Shown: positions 38,186 through 53,869, counted from the first letter of the stretch. The stretch is 64,000 nt of DNA from Eledone cirrhosa (GCA_964016885.1 OZ024743.1:92132001-92196000); one strand, 5' to 3'. The notes: generated by a model not told the origin, from the sequence alone. Program-made: numbers and translations.

Positions 38186-41155
38186 TGTCCAGCAATTCTT
38201 TCCTGAGGCATTCTAACCACATGCCTATAGTATCATAGCTGTGATCTCTCAGTTCGGAGAAGTAGTGGCTCTATTTGGAGTGACACTCCAGTAATTCTTT
38301 CCTGAGACATTCTAACCACATGCCTATAGTATCATAGCTGTGATCTCTCAGTTCGGAGAAGTAGTGGCTCTATTTGGAGTGACACTCCAGTAATTCTTTC
38401 CTAAGACATTCTAACCTCATGCCTATAGTATCATAGCTGTGATCTCTCAGTTCGGAGAAGTAGTGGCTCTATCTCGAGTGACACTCCAGTAATTCTTTCC
38501 TAAGACATTCTAACCACATGCCTATAGTATCATAGCTGTGATCTCTCAGTTCGGAGAAGTAGTGGCTCTATCTCGAGTGACACTCCAGTAATTCTTTCCT
38601 GAGACATTCTAACCACATGCCTATAGTATCATAGCTGTGATCTCTCAGTTCGGAGAAGTAGTGGCTCTATTTGGAGTGACACTCCAGTAATTCTTTCCTA
38701 AGACATTCTAACCACATGCCTACAGTATCATAGCTGTGATCTCTCAGTTCGGAGAAGTAGTGGCTCTATCTCGAGTGACACTCCAGTAATTCTTTCCTAA
38801 GACATTCTAACCACATGCCTATAGTATCATAGCTGTGATCTCTCAGTTCGGAGAAGTAGTGGCTCTATCTGGAGTGACACTCCAGTAATTCTTTCCTGAG
38901 ACATTCTAACCACATGCCTATAGTATCATAGCTGTGATCTCTCAGTTCGGAGAAGTAGTGGCTCTATTTGGAGTGACACTCCAGTAATTCTTTCCTAAGA
39001 CATTCTAACCACATGCCTACAGTATCATAGCTGTGATCTCTCAGTTCGGAGAAGTAGTGGCTCTATCTCGAGTGACACTCCAGTAATTCTTTCCTAAGAC
39101 ATTCTAACCACATGCCTATAGTATCATAGCTGTGATCTCTCAGTTCGGAGAAGTAGTGGCTCTATCTCGAGTGACACTCCAGTAATTCTTTCCTAAGACA
39201 TTCTAACCACATGCCTATAGTATCATAGCTGTGATCTCTCAGTTCGGAGAAGTAGTGGCTCTATCTTGAGTGACACTCCAGTAATTCTTTCCTGAGACAT
39301 TCTAACCACATGCCTATAGTATCATAGCTGTGATCTCTCAGTTCGGAGAAGTAGTGGCTCTATCTGGAGTGACACTCCAGTAATTCTTTCCTGAGACATT
39401 CTAACCACATGCCTATAGTATCATAGCTGTGATCTCTCAGTTCGGAGAAGTAGTGGCTCTATTTGGAGTGACACTCCAGTAATTCTTTCCTAAGACATTC
39501 TAACCACATGCCTACAGTATCATAGCTGTGATCTCTCAGTTCGGAGAAGTAGTGGCTCTATCTGGAGTGACACTCCAGTAATTCTTTCCTGAGACATTCT
39601 AACCACATGCCTATAGTATCATAGCTGTGATCTCTCAGTTCGGAGAAGTAGTGGCTCTATTTGGAGTGACACTCCAGTAATTCTTTCCTAAGACATTCTA
39701 ACCACATGCCTACAGTATCATAGCTGTGATCTCTCAGTTCGGAGAAGTAGTGGCTCTATCTCGAGTGACACTCCAGTAATTCTTTCCTAAGACATTCTAA
39801 CCACATGCCTATAGTATCATAGCTGTGATCTCTCAGTTCGGAGAAGTAGTGGCTCTATCTGGAGTGACACTCCAGTAATTCTTTCCTGAGACATTCTAAC
39901 CACATGCCTATAGTATCATAGCTGTGATCTCTCAGTTCGGAGAAGTAGTGGCTCTATTTGGAGTGACACTCCAGTAATTCTTTCCTAAGACATTCTAACC
40001 ACATGCCTACAGTATCATAGCTGTGATCTCTCAGTTCGGAGAAGTAGTGGCTCTATCTCGAGTGACACTCCAGTAATTCTTTCCTAAGACATTCTAACCA
40101 CATGCCTATAGTATCATAGCTGTGATCTCTCAGTTCGGAGAAGTAGTGGCTCTATCTCGAGTGACACTCCAGTAATTCTTTCCTAAGACATTCTAACCAC
40201 ATGCCTATAGTATCATAGCTGTGATCTCTCAGTTCGGAGAAGTAGTGGCTCTATCTTGAGTGACACTCCAGTAATTCTTTCCTGAGACATTCTAACCACA
40301 TGCCTATAGTATCATAGCTGTGATCTCTCAGTTCGGAGAAGTAGTGGCTCTATCTGGAGTGACACTCCAGTAATTCTTTCCTGAGACATTCTAACCACAT
40401 GCCTATAGTATCATAGCTGTGATCTCTCAGTTCGGAGAAGTAGTGGCTCTATTTGGAGTGACACTCCAGTAATTCTTTCCTAAGACATTCTAACCACATG
40501 CCTACAGTATCATAGCTGTGATCTCTCAGTTCGGAGAAGTAGTGGCTCTATCTCGAGTGACACTCCAGTAATTCTTTCCTAAGACATTCTAACCACATGC
40601 CTATAGTATCATAGCTGTGATCTCTCAGTTCGGAGAAGTAGTGGCTCTATCTGGAGTGACACTCCAGTAATTCTTTCCTGAGACATTCTAACCACATGCC
40701 TATAGTATCATAGCTGTGATCTCTCAGTTCGGAGAAGTAGTGGCTCTATTTGGAGTGACACTCCAGTAATTCTTTCCTAAGACATTCTAACCACATGCCT
40801 ACAGTATCATAGCTGTGATCTCTCAGTTCGGAGAAGTAGTGGCTCTATCTCGAGTGACACTCCAGTAATTCTTTCCTAAGACATTCTAACCACATGCCTA
40901 TAGTATCATAGCTGTGATCTCTCAGTTCGGAGAAGTAGTGGCTCTATCTCGAGTGACACTCCAGTAATTCTTTCCTAAGACATTCTAACCACATGCCTAT
41001 AGTATCATAGCTGTGATCTCTCAGTTCGGAGAAGTAGTGGCTCTATCTTGAGTGACACTCCAGTAATTCTTTCCTGAGACATTCTAACCACATGCCTATA
41101 GTATCATAGCTGTGATCTCTCAGTTCGGAGAAGTAGTGGCTCTATCTGGAGTGAC
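38186..41155. repeat. 99-bp tandem satellite (~30 copies) amplified from RTE coding sequence on the - strand
   Basis: TGACACTCCA at 38281, 38380, 38479 ... 41053. The minus strand of the unit reads EPLLLRTERSQL*YYRHVVRM, and the flank 41156-41255 continues as RIRSQIPPAETGFLLRVFGVILLDRVVSLEMRESL. Confidence 0.93.
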
Positions 41156-41369
41156 TCTCTCATCTCCAAGCTAACCACTCTATCGAGTAATATTACTCCA
41201 AAGACCCTTAGGAGAAACCCAGTTTCGGCCGGCGGTATTTGTGATCGTATTCTTTGTGTGTGTATGATATATATATATCTAAATGTATATATTAGATGGG
41301 TATAAATTATGTGTGTATATATTTAAATGTGTATATATTTAAATGTGTTGATATATTAGGTGTGTATAT

Positions 41370-41545
41370 CATCATCATCGTTTAACGTCCATCTTCCACG
41401 CTAGCATGGGTTTGGACGGGGGGAATTTTCCCACGTGAGGCAAGATTGGTTGTCTTGCTCGCATAGGACTGTCTGGCGGGTTTTCTACGGCTGGATGCCC
41501 TTCCTAGCACCAACCACGTTTACAGTGTGGACTGGGAGGTTTTTG
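41370..41545 (-). mobile_element. RTE-type 3' tail fragment (similar pieces at 47535-47700 -, 59040-59293 +, 61020-61250 -)
   Basis: Reverse complement of GAAGGGCATCCAGC...CATGCTAGCGTGGAA...GGACGTTAAAC(GAT)n, as seen at the end of the RTE at 63560-63703. Confidence 0.75.
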
Positions 41546-41546
41546 A

Positions 41547-41900
41547 TCACCATCACCATCACCACCATCACCATCACCATCATCACCACCACCACCATCA
41601 CCATCATCACCATCATCACCATCACCATCACCATCACCATCTTTGTCATCACCTTTACGATTTTGAGAGGAGAAAAAATAATTTTGATTTATTCTTCTAT
41701 AACATGTGAAGTTATTGAATATTTTTAAAAGCTAAACACAGCTTGTGTTGTTGTTGTTGTGGTGGTGGTGAGGATGTTTGTGATGTTGTTGTGGTGGTGG
41801 TGGTGATGGTGGTGGTGGTAGTGGTGGTGGTAGTGGTGGTGGTGATGGTAGTGGTGGTGGTGGTAGTGGTGGTGGTGATGGTGGTGGTGGTGGTGGTGGG
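41547..41900. repeat. (CAC/CAT)n and (GTG/GTA)n trinucleotide tracts
   Basis: Direct reading; source of the poly-H and poly-V ORFs. Confidence 0.9.
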
Positions 41901-42960
41901 GTGTATATACAGGGGTATATATTTGAATATGTTTATATTAGGTGGGTGTATATACAGGGGTATATATTTGAATGTGTTTATATTAGGTGGGTGTATATAC
42001 AGGGGTATATATTTGAATATGTTTATATTAGGTGGGTGTATATACAGGGGTATATACTTGAATGTGCTTATATTAGGTGGGTGTATATACAGGGGTATAT
42101 ATTTGAATGTGTTTATATTAGGTGGGTGTATATACAGGGGTATATATTTGAATATGTTTATATTAGGTGGGTGTATATACAGGGGTATATATTTGAATGT
42201 TTATTTAGGTGGGTGTATATACAGGGGTATATATTTGAATGTGTTTATATTAGGTGGGTGTATATACAGGGGTATATATTTGAATATGTTTATATTAGGT
42301 GGGTGTATATACAGGGGTATATATTTGAATGTGTTTATATTAGGTGGGTGTATATACAGGGGTATATATTTGAATGTGTTTATATTAGGTGGGTGTATAT
42401 ACAGGGGTATATATTTGAATGTTTATTTAGGTGGGTGTATATACAGGGGTATATATTTGAATGTGTTTATATTAGGTGGGTGTATATACAGGGGTATATA
42501 TTTGAATATGTTTATATTAGGTGGGTGTATATACAGGGGTATATATTTGAATGTGTTTATATTAGGTGGGTGTATATACAGGGGTATATATTTGAATGTG
42601 TTTATATTAGGTGGGTGTATATACAGGGGTATATATTTGAATGTTTATTTAGGTGGGTGTATATACAGGGGTATATATTTGAATGTGTTTATTTAGGTGG
42701 GTGTATATACAGGGGTATATATTTGAATGTGTTTATATTAGGTGGGTGTATATACAGGGGTATATATTTGAATGTGTTTATATTAGGTGGGTGTATATAC
42801 AGGGGTATATATTTGAATGTTTATTTAGGTGGGTGTATATACAGGGGTATATATTTGAATGTGTTTATTTAGGTGGGTGTATATACAGGGGTATATATTT
42901 GAATGTGTTTATATTAGGTGGGTGTATATACAGGGGTATATATTTGAATGTGTTTATAGG
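41899..42960 (+). repeat. 45-bp minisatellite (~24 copies, some with 2-4 bp deletions)
   Basis: Unit GTGTATATACAGGGGTATATATTTGAATGTGTTTATATTAGGTGG; period seen at 41901/41946. Confidence 0.95.
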
Positions 42961-43487
42961 TGGGTATCTATTTGTGTATATATTAAGGGGTGTATATTTA
43001 AATGTGTATATATATTAGCTGGGTATATATTTATGTATCTATTAGATGGATGTATATACAGGAGATATCTATTTGAATGTGTACATATTAGTTGTGTATA
43101 TAGTTAAGTGGGTATACATTAGATGTGTATATATTAGGTGTGTACATATTGGGTGTGTATATATTAAGTATGTATATATTGGGTAGTGTATATATTGAGT
43201 GGGTATATATTGAGTGAGTATATATTGAGTGGGTATATATTACGTGGGTATATATTATGTGTGTATATATACTGGGAGGGTGTATATTGTGTGTGTATAT
43301 ATTAGGTGTGTATATATTAGGTGTGTACATATTGGGTGTGTACATATTGGGTGTGTATATATACTGGGTATATGTGTAATTGTATATATTCAAGTGTATA
43401 TATTAGGTGGGTATATATTAAATGTGTAAATATGATGATGATATTAGATGTGTATATATTAGGTATGTATATTTAAATGTATACATA

Positions 43488-43508
43488 TCTATACATATAA
43501 AAGCAAGG

Positions 43509-43561
<53 letters not shown>

Positions 43562-44272
43562 TGAGGACAATTTTGGACAGCTAAGGCTTTTACAATTCCC
43601 AACCGAATTTGACCAAATTTTCTGTGCACGTTGCACCTGTCGCTAAGATGATCACATCACAAAACATTTTTCAAATCGACCCACGTTGAGCAATAAAAAA
43701 TTGATAGCAAAATTATTTTTTCTAAAGTGCATGATGTAAGGGAGATAAGAATGAAGACAAAATCCTTATGGGATTTTCCATGCAAATTAAAAGTTGCAAT
43801 TACTTTTACATTTATCGAGCTCTTTTTACCAAATGTGAGGCAGGCATTGCCTATGCCGTCGAGGTAATACAAGAAGATTATTTTTTCTAAAGTGTATGCT
43901 GTAAGGGAGAAATCAATCTAAAAACAATCTTTATGGGACTTTCCATTCAAACAGTTGGGACCTACACCTTTTACACTTTTTAAAGTAATTTCGTCCACAT
44001 TTGAGGCAGGCATTATCTATGCTTCCAGGATATTGTGAATTTATAAAAAATAAAACTATTATTACAATGAAGAAATCAGAAACAAAATTTTCCTTCATTA
44101 TCAGCATAGTTTTATGTGTCCAAAGATTGCACTAAATATTCGTTTGCATTAATTATTGAAGACTTCTGTTTATTTTGACAGGTTGGGGACAAATAATTTT
44201 CTTCTTTTACTTCCTAGCTGTATATTCTTATCATAATTTCAAACCCCTGGCAACGCCGGGTAAATCTGCTAG
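43488..44272 (+). mobile_element. Non-autonomous Helitron-like element
   Basis: 5' A|TC-TATACATATAAAAGC + (GT)n. 3' CCCTGGCAACGCCGGG hairpin then CTAG|T. Internal ~165-bp duplication. Confidence 0.75.
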
Positions 44273-44543
44273 TTAAGTATATATTAGATATGTATATATA
44301 TTTGTGTATATATATATTGAGTATATATTTAAGTGTATATACATTAAGTTTGTATATAATAGGTGCATATATTAAATATGTATATATTACATGTGGTGAT
44401 CGTGGTGGTAGCGGTGGCATACCTATATATATCTGTCTGTCTGTTTGTCTCTGTCTGTCTTCCCGTCTGTCTGTCCATCTATCCATCTGTCTATCTATCT
44501 ATCCATCTGTCTATCTATCTATCCACCTGTCTATCTATCTATC

Positions 44544-46260
44544 TGCCCTCTCTCCTCCCTTCTGTACGTACTGACTCTCGAGCCACTACTGCGGAAGTGG
44601 AGCTATTGCAAGAAATCCCTCTGGAACCGGGACGCCGACGACGTGACAGTAATGGTGTCGAGCACCTCGCAAATCGAGGAAAGTCGGCACCTTACTGAAG
44701 GAATACGAAAGGTTCACAGGAGCGAAGCTGAACCAGGACAAGTCCATCGGTTTGCAACTCGGATCGTGGAGAGGCAAACCGATGCCTTCCGATGGCGTCG
44801 TCGGACGCTGGACGGAAGGACCGGTAAAGCTGCTCGGGGTCTGGTTTGGTTCGGACCTCCAGGTGGAGAAGAACTGGAACGAGATGACGGCCAAGGTCTT
44901 TACACTCACCGAGAAGTGGGCCGAGTGCAAACTATCCTTGAAAGGTCGAGCGGAGGTGGCGAACACTTTTATAGCGTCCGCCATCTACTACCGCTTGACC
45001 GTCGTGCCTTGTCCAGCCAAAACGCTCACCAAAATGGAGCGCGCGCTCTTCCAATTCCTTTGGAAGAAGCGGGCTCCTTTGGTGAGAAGATCCATCTGCT
45101 GCCAACACCCTTCAAACGGAGGGTTGGGGCTGCCGTGGCTGACGATGCGCAAACACGCGCTCAGGCTGCGGCACCTCCACGTATTCCACACCGGACAACC
45201 GGTGTGGGCTCCGTTCGTGAGGCGAGCATTCCCACGACTCGTCTCGCTGACCGAGCTGCAGTCCTGGGTCAAGCAAAGACCGAGGAAAATGGGCGACTGG
45301 CACATCGAATGTGCTCAGGTACTCACAGTCCTCTGGCAAATGGGCCCGACGATCACTGGAGACTCCACTTCGTCATTCTATAGAGGGTTGGTCCGCAGCA
45401 AGTGCGACGACGCACTCGGAGAAATTCTGAGCGTAGAGGAAGACAAACTGGCCAGTCTGTTCGGTAGAACCTTCCGCCCGGGACCGATGGACAACTTCCA
45501 AAAGTCCCTGGCCTGGCAGTGCTACCGAGGAGCTCTACCAGTTCGAGACAAGCTCTACAGACATGGGCGCCCGGGCAGGGACCCTTTGAAAAAGATCTGT
45601 CCGAGATGCGTGCGCGACGAGGAAACCGTCGGGCACGCATTTGTACACTGCCCGGGCGTTACCGACCTGTGGGGCTATGTAGAATGACTATTGTCGTGGG
45701 TGGGACCAATCCAGTTGACCACCGAGTCCATTGTCATGATCAAACCGCCACCCTCCTTCAAAAACGAAGGAGGGGCAGTTTTCCTCTGTGTGATAGCTAT
45801 GGCGAAAGAGGTTGTATGGTGGACAAGGTTGAAAGGGCTGAGGTCAGACACCTTTCTCTCCGGCCAAAAACTGGTTCTTTTTTTCAAATACCACTTTGGA
45901 AGAAGAATCAGGATGGAGAGAGAGGTGCTGTACCCCAGCAAGTTTTATGAAACGTGGGTGAAAGTGGCGAGAATGGCCCCAGTGAATGGGCCTTCTCTCT
46001 ATATCAGCCTGTAGGTTGAGGAAAAGGAGGAGGAGAGGAAAGGAGTGCAAACTCTTCGCACTCCTGGAGTAGAGGGTTGCACTTTTTTTTTTGGGGGGGG
46101 GGGTATGTGTTACCCATATGTAATGTCTCCCCCTATTGGGGAAAATCGACTAACTTTTTAAATTGCATTTGTGATAATATTTTACACGTTTTTATTGTAT
46201 GTAAACTTCCCCCTTTGTATTTGTCCCCTTCTTTTGTGCCCCTGTGGCTAATAAAGAAAC
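44544..46260 (+). mobile_element. 5'-truncated L1/Tx1-type LINE (RT C-terminus + zf-RVT), pseudogenised
   Basis: CPLSSLLYVLTLEPLLRK, ADDVTV, VKLLGVWFG, LSLKGRAEVAN, GGLGLP, GALPV and CPRC..EETVGHAFVHC. Frameshifts and a stop at 45685. AATAAA at the 3' end; both flanks are (CTAT/CTGT)n. Confidence 0.9.
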
Positions 46261-47699
46261 ATATCTATCTATCTATCCATCTATCTGTCTGTTTGTCTGT
46301 CTGTCCCTCCGTCCATCTATCTATCTGTCTGACTATCTGTCTGTCTCATCATCATTATCATCTTGTGGATTGGCAGCATCGAGTTCAAATCCCGCCGAGG
46401 TTAACTTTGCCTTTCATCCTTACGGGATCGATAAAATAAAGTACCAGTAATGTACTGGGTAATTGCTGGCCTTGTGCCTAAAGTAGAAACAATTATCATC
46501 ATTCCGTGCTGATATGGGTTGGATGGGTTATTACAATCCAACCAGTCTCTTCCTCAGTGTTATTACCCTCTTAGTTCATTGGACCACATCTTGCTTGAAA
46601 ACCTTCTAGCCCATGTCACAATGAAGCCTCACCCCACTTAAACATTAAATAATTGTTTCTACCTTAGGCACAAGGCCAGCAATTACCCAGTGCATTACTG
46701 GTACTTTATTTTATCGACCCCGTAAGGATGAAAGGCAAACCTCGGCGGGATTTGAACTCAGATCGTAAAGGGACGTAACTATGCTGGAAAGCATGGCGTC
46801 CGACCCTCCACCGATACTGCCAATCCACCGCCTAAACATTAAATAATGATGATGATGATGGTGGTGGTGGTAGTTCATATATTGTTTGTTTACATTTTGT
46901 CATACAAACATGCAAATGTAATCAATACTTTTCTATGTACATGTCTGTGTGTCTTAGCTTTTCGGTGTATATATATATATGTGTGTGTATATATGTATGT
47001 GTATGTATATATATATTTATGTATGTATGTGTGTTTAAGTTTTTATATGTGAAATATATATGTATGTTTGTATGTATGAGTATGTATATGTGTATGTGTG
47101 TGTATCCGTTATGTATACAAGCAGGGACAAGCAGACGTAAAATGATGATGATGATATGTATGTGTGTATGTATGTATGTGTGTGTCCGTTTATGTATACA
47201 TATATGTACATAGAGCTATATAGGCACTCTCTCTCACACACACACACACACACATACACATAATTACTCACACATATATACATAGTTATGTAAGCACTTA
47301 TATATTTAACACACATATCCATGCATACTTACATTCATACTCACATAAACACATACGTTTTTCTTACACCCACTCATTTCTCTCTTACACAAACACACAC
47401 ACGTTTCTCTAATACACACACATACACATGCATACACGTCTACATTGAACACGTCCTGCTGATACACACATGATGATATTTGGTTAATGGTTAAGTCTGC
47501 AGTGATCCCAGATCTCCTGTGTGAAATCAATAGATATCATCATCATTAACATTTAACATCCATTTTTCCATGCTAGCATTGGATAAACAAGTTGTCCCTT
47601 TGAGAGGCAAGCCAGGTCAGATGACCATGTCTTACTCTTACAGAACTGATTTGGACTTGGTTTCTACTGTTGGGTGCCCTCCCTAATTTCAATCACCTT

Positions 47700-50020
47700 T
47701 ACAGTGTGAACTGGGTGCTTTTTGTTGTGACACCTACATGACTACTTTTACAGTGTGAACTGGGTGCTTTTTGTTGTGACACCTACATGACTACTTTTAC
47801 AGTGTGAACTGGGTGCTTTTTGTTGTGACACCTACAAGACTACTTTTACAGTGTAGACTGGGTGCTTTTTGTTGTGACACCTACATGACTACTTTTACAG
47901 TGTAGACTGGGTGCTTTTTGTTGTGACACCTACATGACTACTTTTACAGTGTAGACTGGGTACTTTTTGTTGTGACACCTACATGACTACTTTTACAGTG
48001 TAGACTGGGTACTTTTTGTAGTGACACCTACAAGACTACTTTTACAGTGTAGACTGGGTGCTTTTTGTTGTGACACCTACAAGACTACTTTTACAGTGTA
48101 GACTGGGTGCTTTTTGTTGTGACACCTACATGACTACTTTTACAGTGTAGACTGGGTGCTTTTTGTTGTGACACCTACATGACTACTTTTACAGTGTAGA
48201 CTGGGTGCTTTTTGTTGTGACACCTACATGACTACTTTTACAGTGTAGACTGGGTGCTTTTTGTTGTGACACCTACATGACTACTTTTACAGTGTAGACT
48301 GGGTGCTTTTTGTTGTGATACCTACAAGACTACTTTTACAGTGTAGACTGGGTGCTTTTTGTTGTGACACCTACATGACTACTTTTACAGTGTAGACTGG
48401 GTGCTTTTTGTTGTGATACCTACAAGACTACTTTTACAGTGTAGACTGGGTGCTTTTTGTTGTGACACCTACATGACTACTTTTACAGTGTAGATTGGGT
48501 GCTTTTTGTTGTGACACCTACATGACTACTTTTACAGTGTAGACTGGGTGCTTTTTGTTGTGACACCTACATGACTACTTTTACAGTGTAGACTGGGTGC
48601 TTTTTGTTGTGACACCTACAAGACTACTTTTACAGTGTAGACTGGGTGCTTTTTGTTGTGACACCTAAATGACTACTTTTACAGTGTGAACTGGGTGCTT
48701 TTTGTTGTGACACCTACATGACTACTTTTACAGTGTAGACTGGGTGCTTTTTGTTGTGACACCTACATGACTACTTTTACAGTGTGAATTGGGTGCTTTT
48801 TGTTGTGACACCTACATGACTACTTTTACAGTGTAGACTGGGTGCTTTTTGTTGTGACACCTACATGACTACTTTTACAGTGTAGACTGGGTGCTTTTTG
48901 TTGTGACACCTACATGACTACTTTTACAGTGTAGACCGGGTGCTTTTTGTTGTGATACCTACAAGACTACTTTTACAGTGTAGACTGGGTGCTTTTTGTT
49001 GTGACACCTACATGACTACTTTTACAGTGTAGACTGGATGCTTTTTGTTGTGACACCTACATGACTACTTTTACAGTGTAGACTGGGTGCTTTTTGTTGT
49101 GATACCTACACGACTACTTTTTCAGTGTAGACTGGGTGCTTTTTGTTGTGACACCTACATGACTACTTTTACAGTGTGAACTGGATGCTTTTTGATGTGA
49201 CACCTACATGACCACTTTACAGTGTGAACTGGGTGCTTTTTGTTGTGACACCTACATGACTACTTTTACAGTGTGAACTGGGTGCTTTTTGTTGTGACAC
49301 CTACATGACCACTTTACAGTGTGAACTGGGTGCTTTTTGTTGTGACACCTACATGACTACTTTTACAGTGTGAACTGGGTGCTTTTTGTTGTGACACCTA
49401 CATGACTACTTTTACAGTGTAGACTGGGTGCTTTTTGTTGTGACACCTACATGACTACTTTTACAGTGTGAACTGGGTGCTTTTTGTTGTGACACCTACA
49501 TGACTACTTTTACAGTGTAGACTGGGTGCTTTTTGTTGTGACACCTACATGACTACTTTTACAGTGTGAACTGGGTGCTTTTTGTTGTGACACCTACATG
49601 ACTACTTTACAGTGTGAACTGGGTGCTTTTTGTTGTGACACCTACATGACTACTTTTACAGTGTAGACTGGGTACTTTTTGTTGTGACACCTACATGACT
49701 ACTTTTACAGTGTGAACTGGGTGCTTTTTGTTGTGACACCTACATGACTACTTTTACAGTGTGAACTGGGTGCTTTTTGTTGTGACACCTACATGACTAC
49801 TTTTACAGTGTAGACTGGGTGCTTTTTGTTGTGACACCTACATAACTACTTTTACAGTGTGGACTGGTGCTTTTTGTTGTGACACCTACATGACTACTTT
49901 TACAGTGTGGACTGGGTGCTTTTTGTCATGACACTTACAGAACCACTTTATAATGTGGGTTGGGTGTTTATTGTTGTGACACCTATACAACCACTTCACA
50001 GTGTGGACTAGGTGCTTTTA
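47700..50020 (-). repeat. 49-bp minisatellite (~47 copies), reverse-complement relative of the 48-bp array at 36500
   Basis: Unit ACAGTGTAGACTGGGTGCTTTTTGTTGTGACACCTACATGACTACTTTT; period seen at 47701/47750; abuts an RTE tail at 47535-47700. Confidence 0.95.
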
Positions 50021-51338
50021 CGTTCCAAACACTAACATAATAACGAGAAAGCTATTTATATTATTAAATCCTTGCAGATTCTTTTCTGTTTTCAAAATGA
50101 TTTTTAAAAAGTGTTTTCCTTAGACGTATGGTAACAAAAAGATGGGGGAGATTTGTTAGTTTACAAACTGGCCGATATAAATAGCAGAAGCTATCAGCTA
50201 CTTCTAGCAATCTTTCTAGGCATTTTATATACAGAATTTCCTGGTAGCTCTTTGTAAGACACTCCCTTGATGTTTTATGTAAGAATTTGTTTAATAGTGA
50301 CTGAATTTCTGTCAGTATCAAGTTATAGCTTGTTCAACAAGAGTTATCTCCCTTCAACCAATTGTCGCTATACATTGTTTTTTCTTAGTATTTATATTAA
50401 GTATTCCAGTCATCTAGGGTGGAGGAACTCTACGTGTTCAATTGTTCTGCTAGAAATAGCAGCCAAATTTCTTTTGCATCACACTCTATCGTTTTATAAA
50501 ATGTAGTTGCAGCTTCCCTGCTCACAGTAAATAGGTAGGATAGCTATCATTGGAATGCCTTTCATCATGTCTACCCGATCAAGGCTGAACAGGGTTAAAA
50601 ACATCGTTGCCAACAGCTACAAGGGAACCTCCACATGGTTGCTTGACCTGCTAGAAATAGCAGCCAAATTCCTCCAAAACATTCCACTTCCCACAATCTT
50701 AGAAAAAGATGTGTTCGACAATGTAGCTCCCCCATAGATAGGGAAAAGTCGGAATGGTCACTGTAACAACAAAACAGAAGAGTCCCTTATGCTGTAAGTA
50801 CTTAGAACAGGTATCTGTTTTGAAGACCCCTCCCGCCCTCATATCTATTTCAGAGACCCTGAAAAGAGTCATGACCTTCCAACCCTACCTCTCTCTCACC
50901 AGTCTCACAGACCTTGAAAAGGGTGATAGGCAAAGGCGTTCCTTCTCACTCTTCCTCTCACCCTCTTATCTGTTTCAAAGACCCCGAAAAGAGTCATATG
51001 TGCTGGCATCCCCTCCCTCCCTCTCACAAGTCTCAGAGACATTGAAAATGTTCATAGACCATGATCATGCCTCTAGGACTAAAACATTAAAACAACGACA
51101 ATACTATTGCTAAAAAGTAAAGATTTGTTAGGCCAAGACGTAGCTTGAAGCTAGTAAAATATAAAACACAAACAATGTTTTCGTGAAGGGCGTTGGCAGA
51201 CGAGTGTTTGTTATTTTGACAACCTGTCCAGTATTGCTTATTTTACTTTTTTACTGCTGCTATTGTTGTTATTTCCACATTATATGGTGTACGTGTGTGT
51301 TTGTACACACACACACACTCACATATATATAAGCGTAG

Positions 51339-51456
<118 letters not shown>

Positions 51457-51743
51457 ATTTTGGTCTCTCTGTTTGTATATACTTGTGTGTGTGTGTGTGT
51501 GTGTATGTGTGTATGTGTGTATATAAGCCTCTGTGTATGTATGTATGTATGTATGTGAATATAGGTGTGGGTATATGCTTGTGCAAGTAAGTGTGTAAAT
51601 GTATGTGTGTATATATATGCAAGCATAGAAAAAAAATGGACGTAGAAACGACGATGAGTTAAACGGTGTGAGAGTGGGTAACCACAGTGAATAAGGTACT
51701 CGATACATTGGAAACGTGAAAACAAACAATATATTATAGAAAT

Positions 51744-51840
51744 GGCTTCTACAGGACTAGAATTGTTTCATTCGTATGAAATCATCAGGAATATCCTGAT
51801 GATTTCATACGAATGAAACAGTTCTGGTCCTGTAGAAGCC
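51744..51840. repeat. 97-bp near-perfect palindrome made of two head-to-head hammerhead cores
   Basis: Right arm CTGATGA-T-TTC-ATAC-GAA-T-GAAA-C (51796-51819); the left arm is its reverse complement. Confidence 0.75.
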
Positions 51841-51887
51841 CCCCCCCCTCTCTCTCTCTCTCTCTCCCTCCCTCTCTCTCTCTCTCT

Positions 51888-53470
<1,583 letters not shown>

Positions 53471-53647
53471 TATATATATATATATATATATTAGGTTATG
53501 CAAGAAATGCTTAGGATTATCCTGAATGCAGTAATGGTTAATTACTACACTAGATAGAGTTGACGTATGGTGAGGGGTTACTCAACGAGTTATGGAAGAA
53601 TAGTTGAAGAAACTCAGTTTCTGATCCTTCTGTATTCCGGAGTGTAG

Positions 53648-53869
53648 ATAAAGAATGAATAATAATAACAGGTAGACATCATAAAAAGGTAATTTATTCT
53701 GAGTGCTTACAAATGTTTCAACAGTAGTTATACAGCCTAGTCACGCTATGTGCAAATTGGTAATTATTTGCACATAGCATGACTAGGCTGTATAACTACT
53801 GTTGAAACATTTGTAAGCATTCGGAATAAATTACCTTTTTATGATGTCTTCCTGTTATTATTATTAATT

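Noticed and set aside
41899-43420. TTAGG-containing repeats as interstitial telomere
   Set aside because: TTAGG occurs once per 45-bp or ~15-bp unit, not as tandem TTAGG(G).
36500-50020. Regular 45-99-bp arrays as possible CRISPR or repeat-protein genes (e.g. 405-aa TTTLQCGLGAF ORF, 317-aa GGCIYRGIYL ORF)
   Set aside because: No unique spacers, no cas genes and a eukaryotic context. Units trace to LINE sequence or simple repeats, and the ORFs arise from unit lengths divisible by 3.
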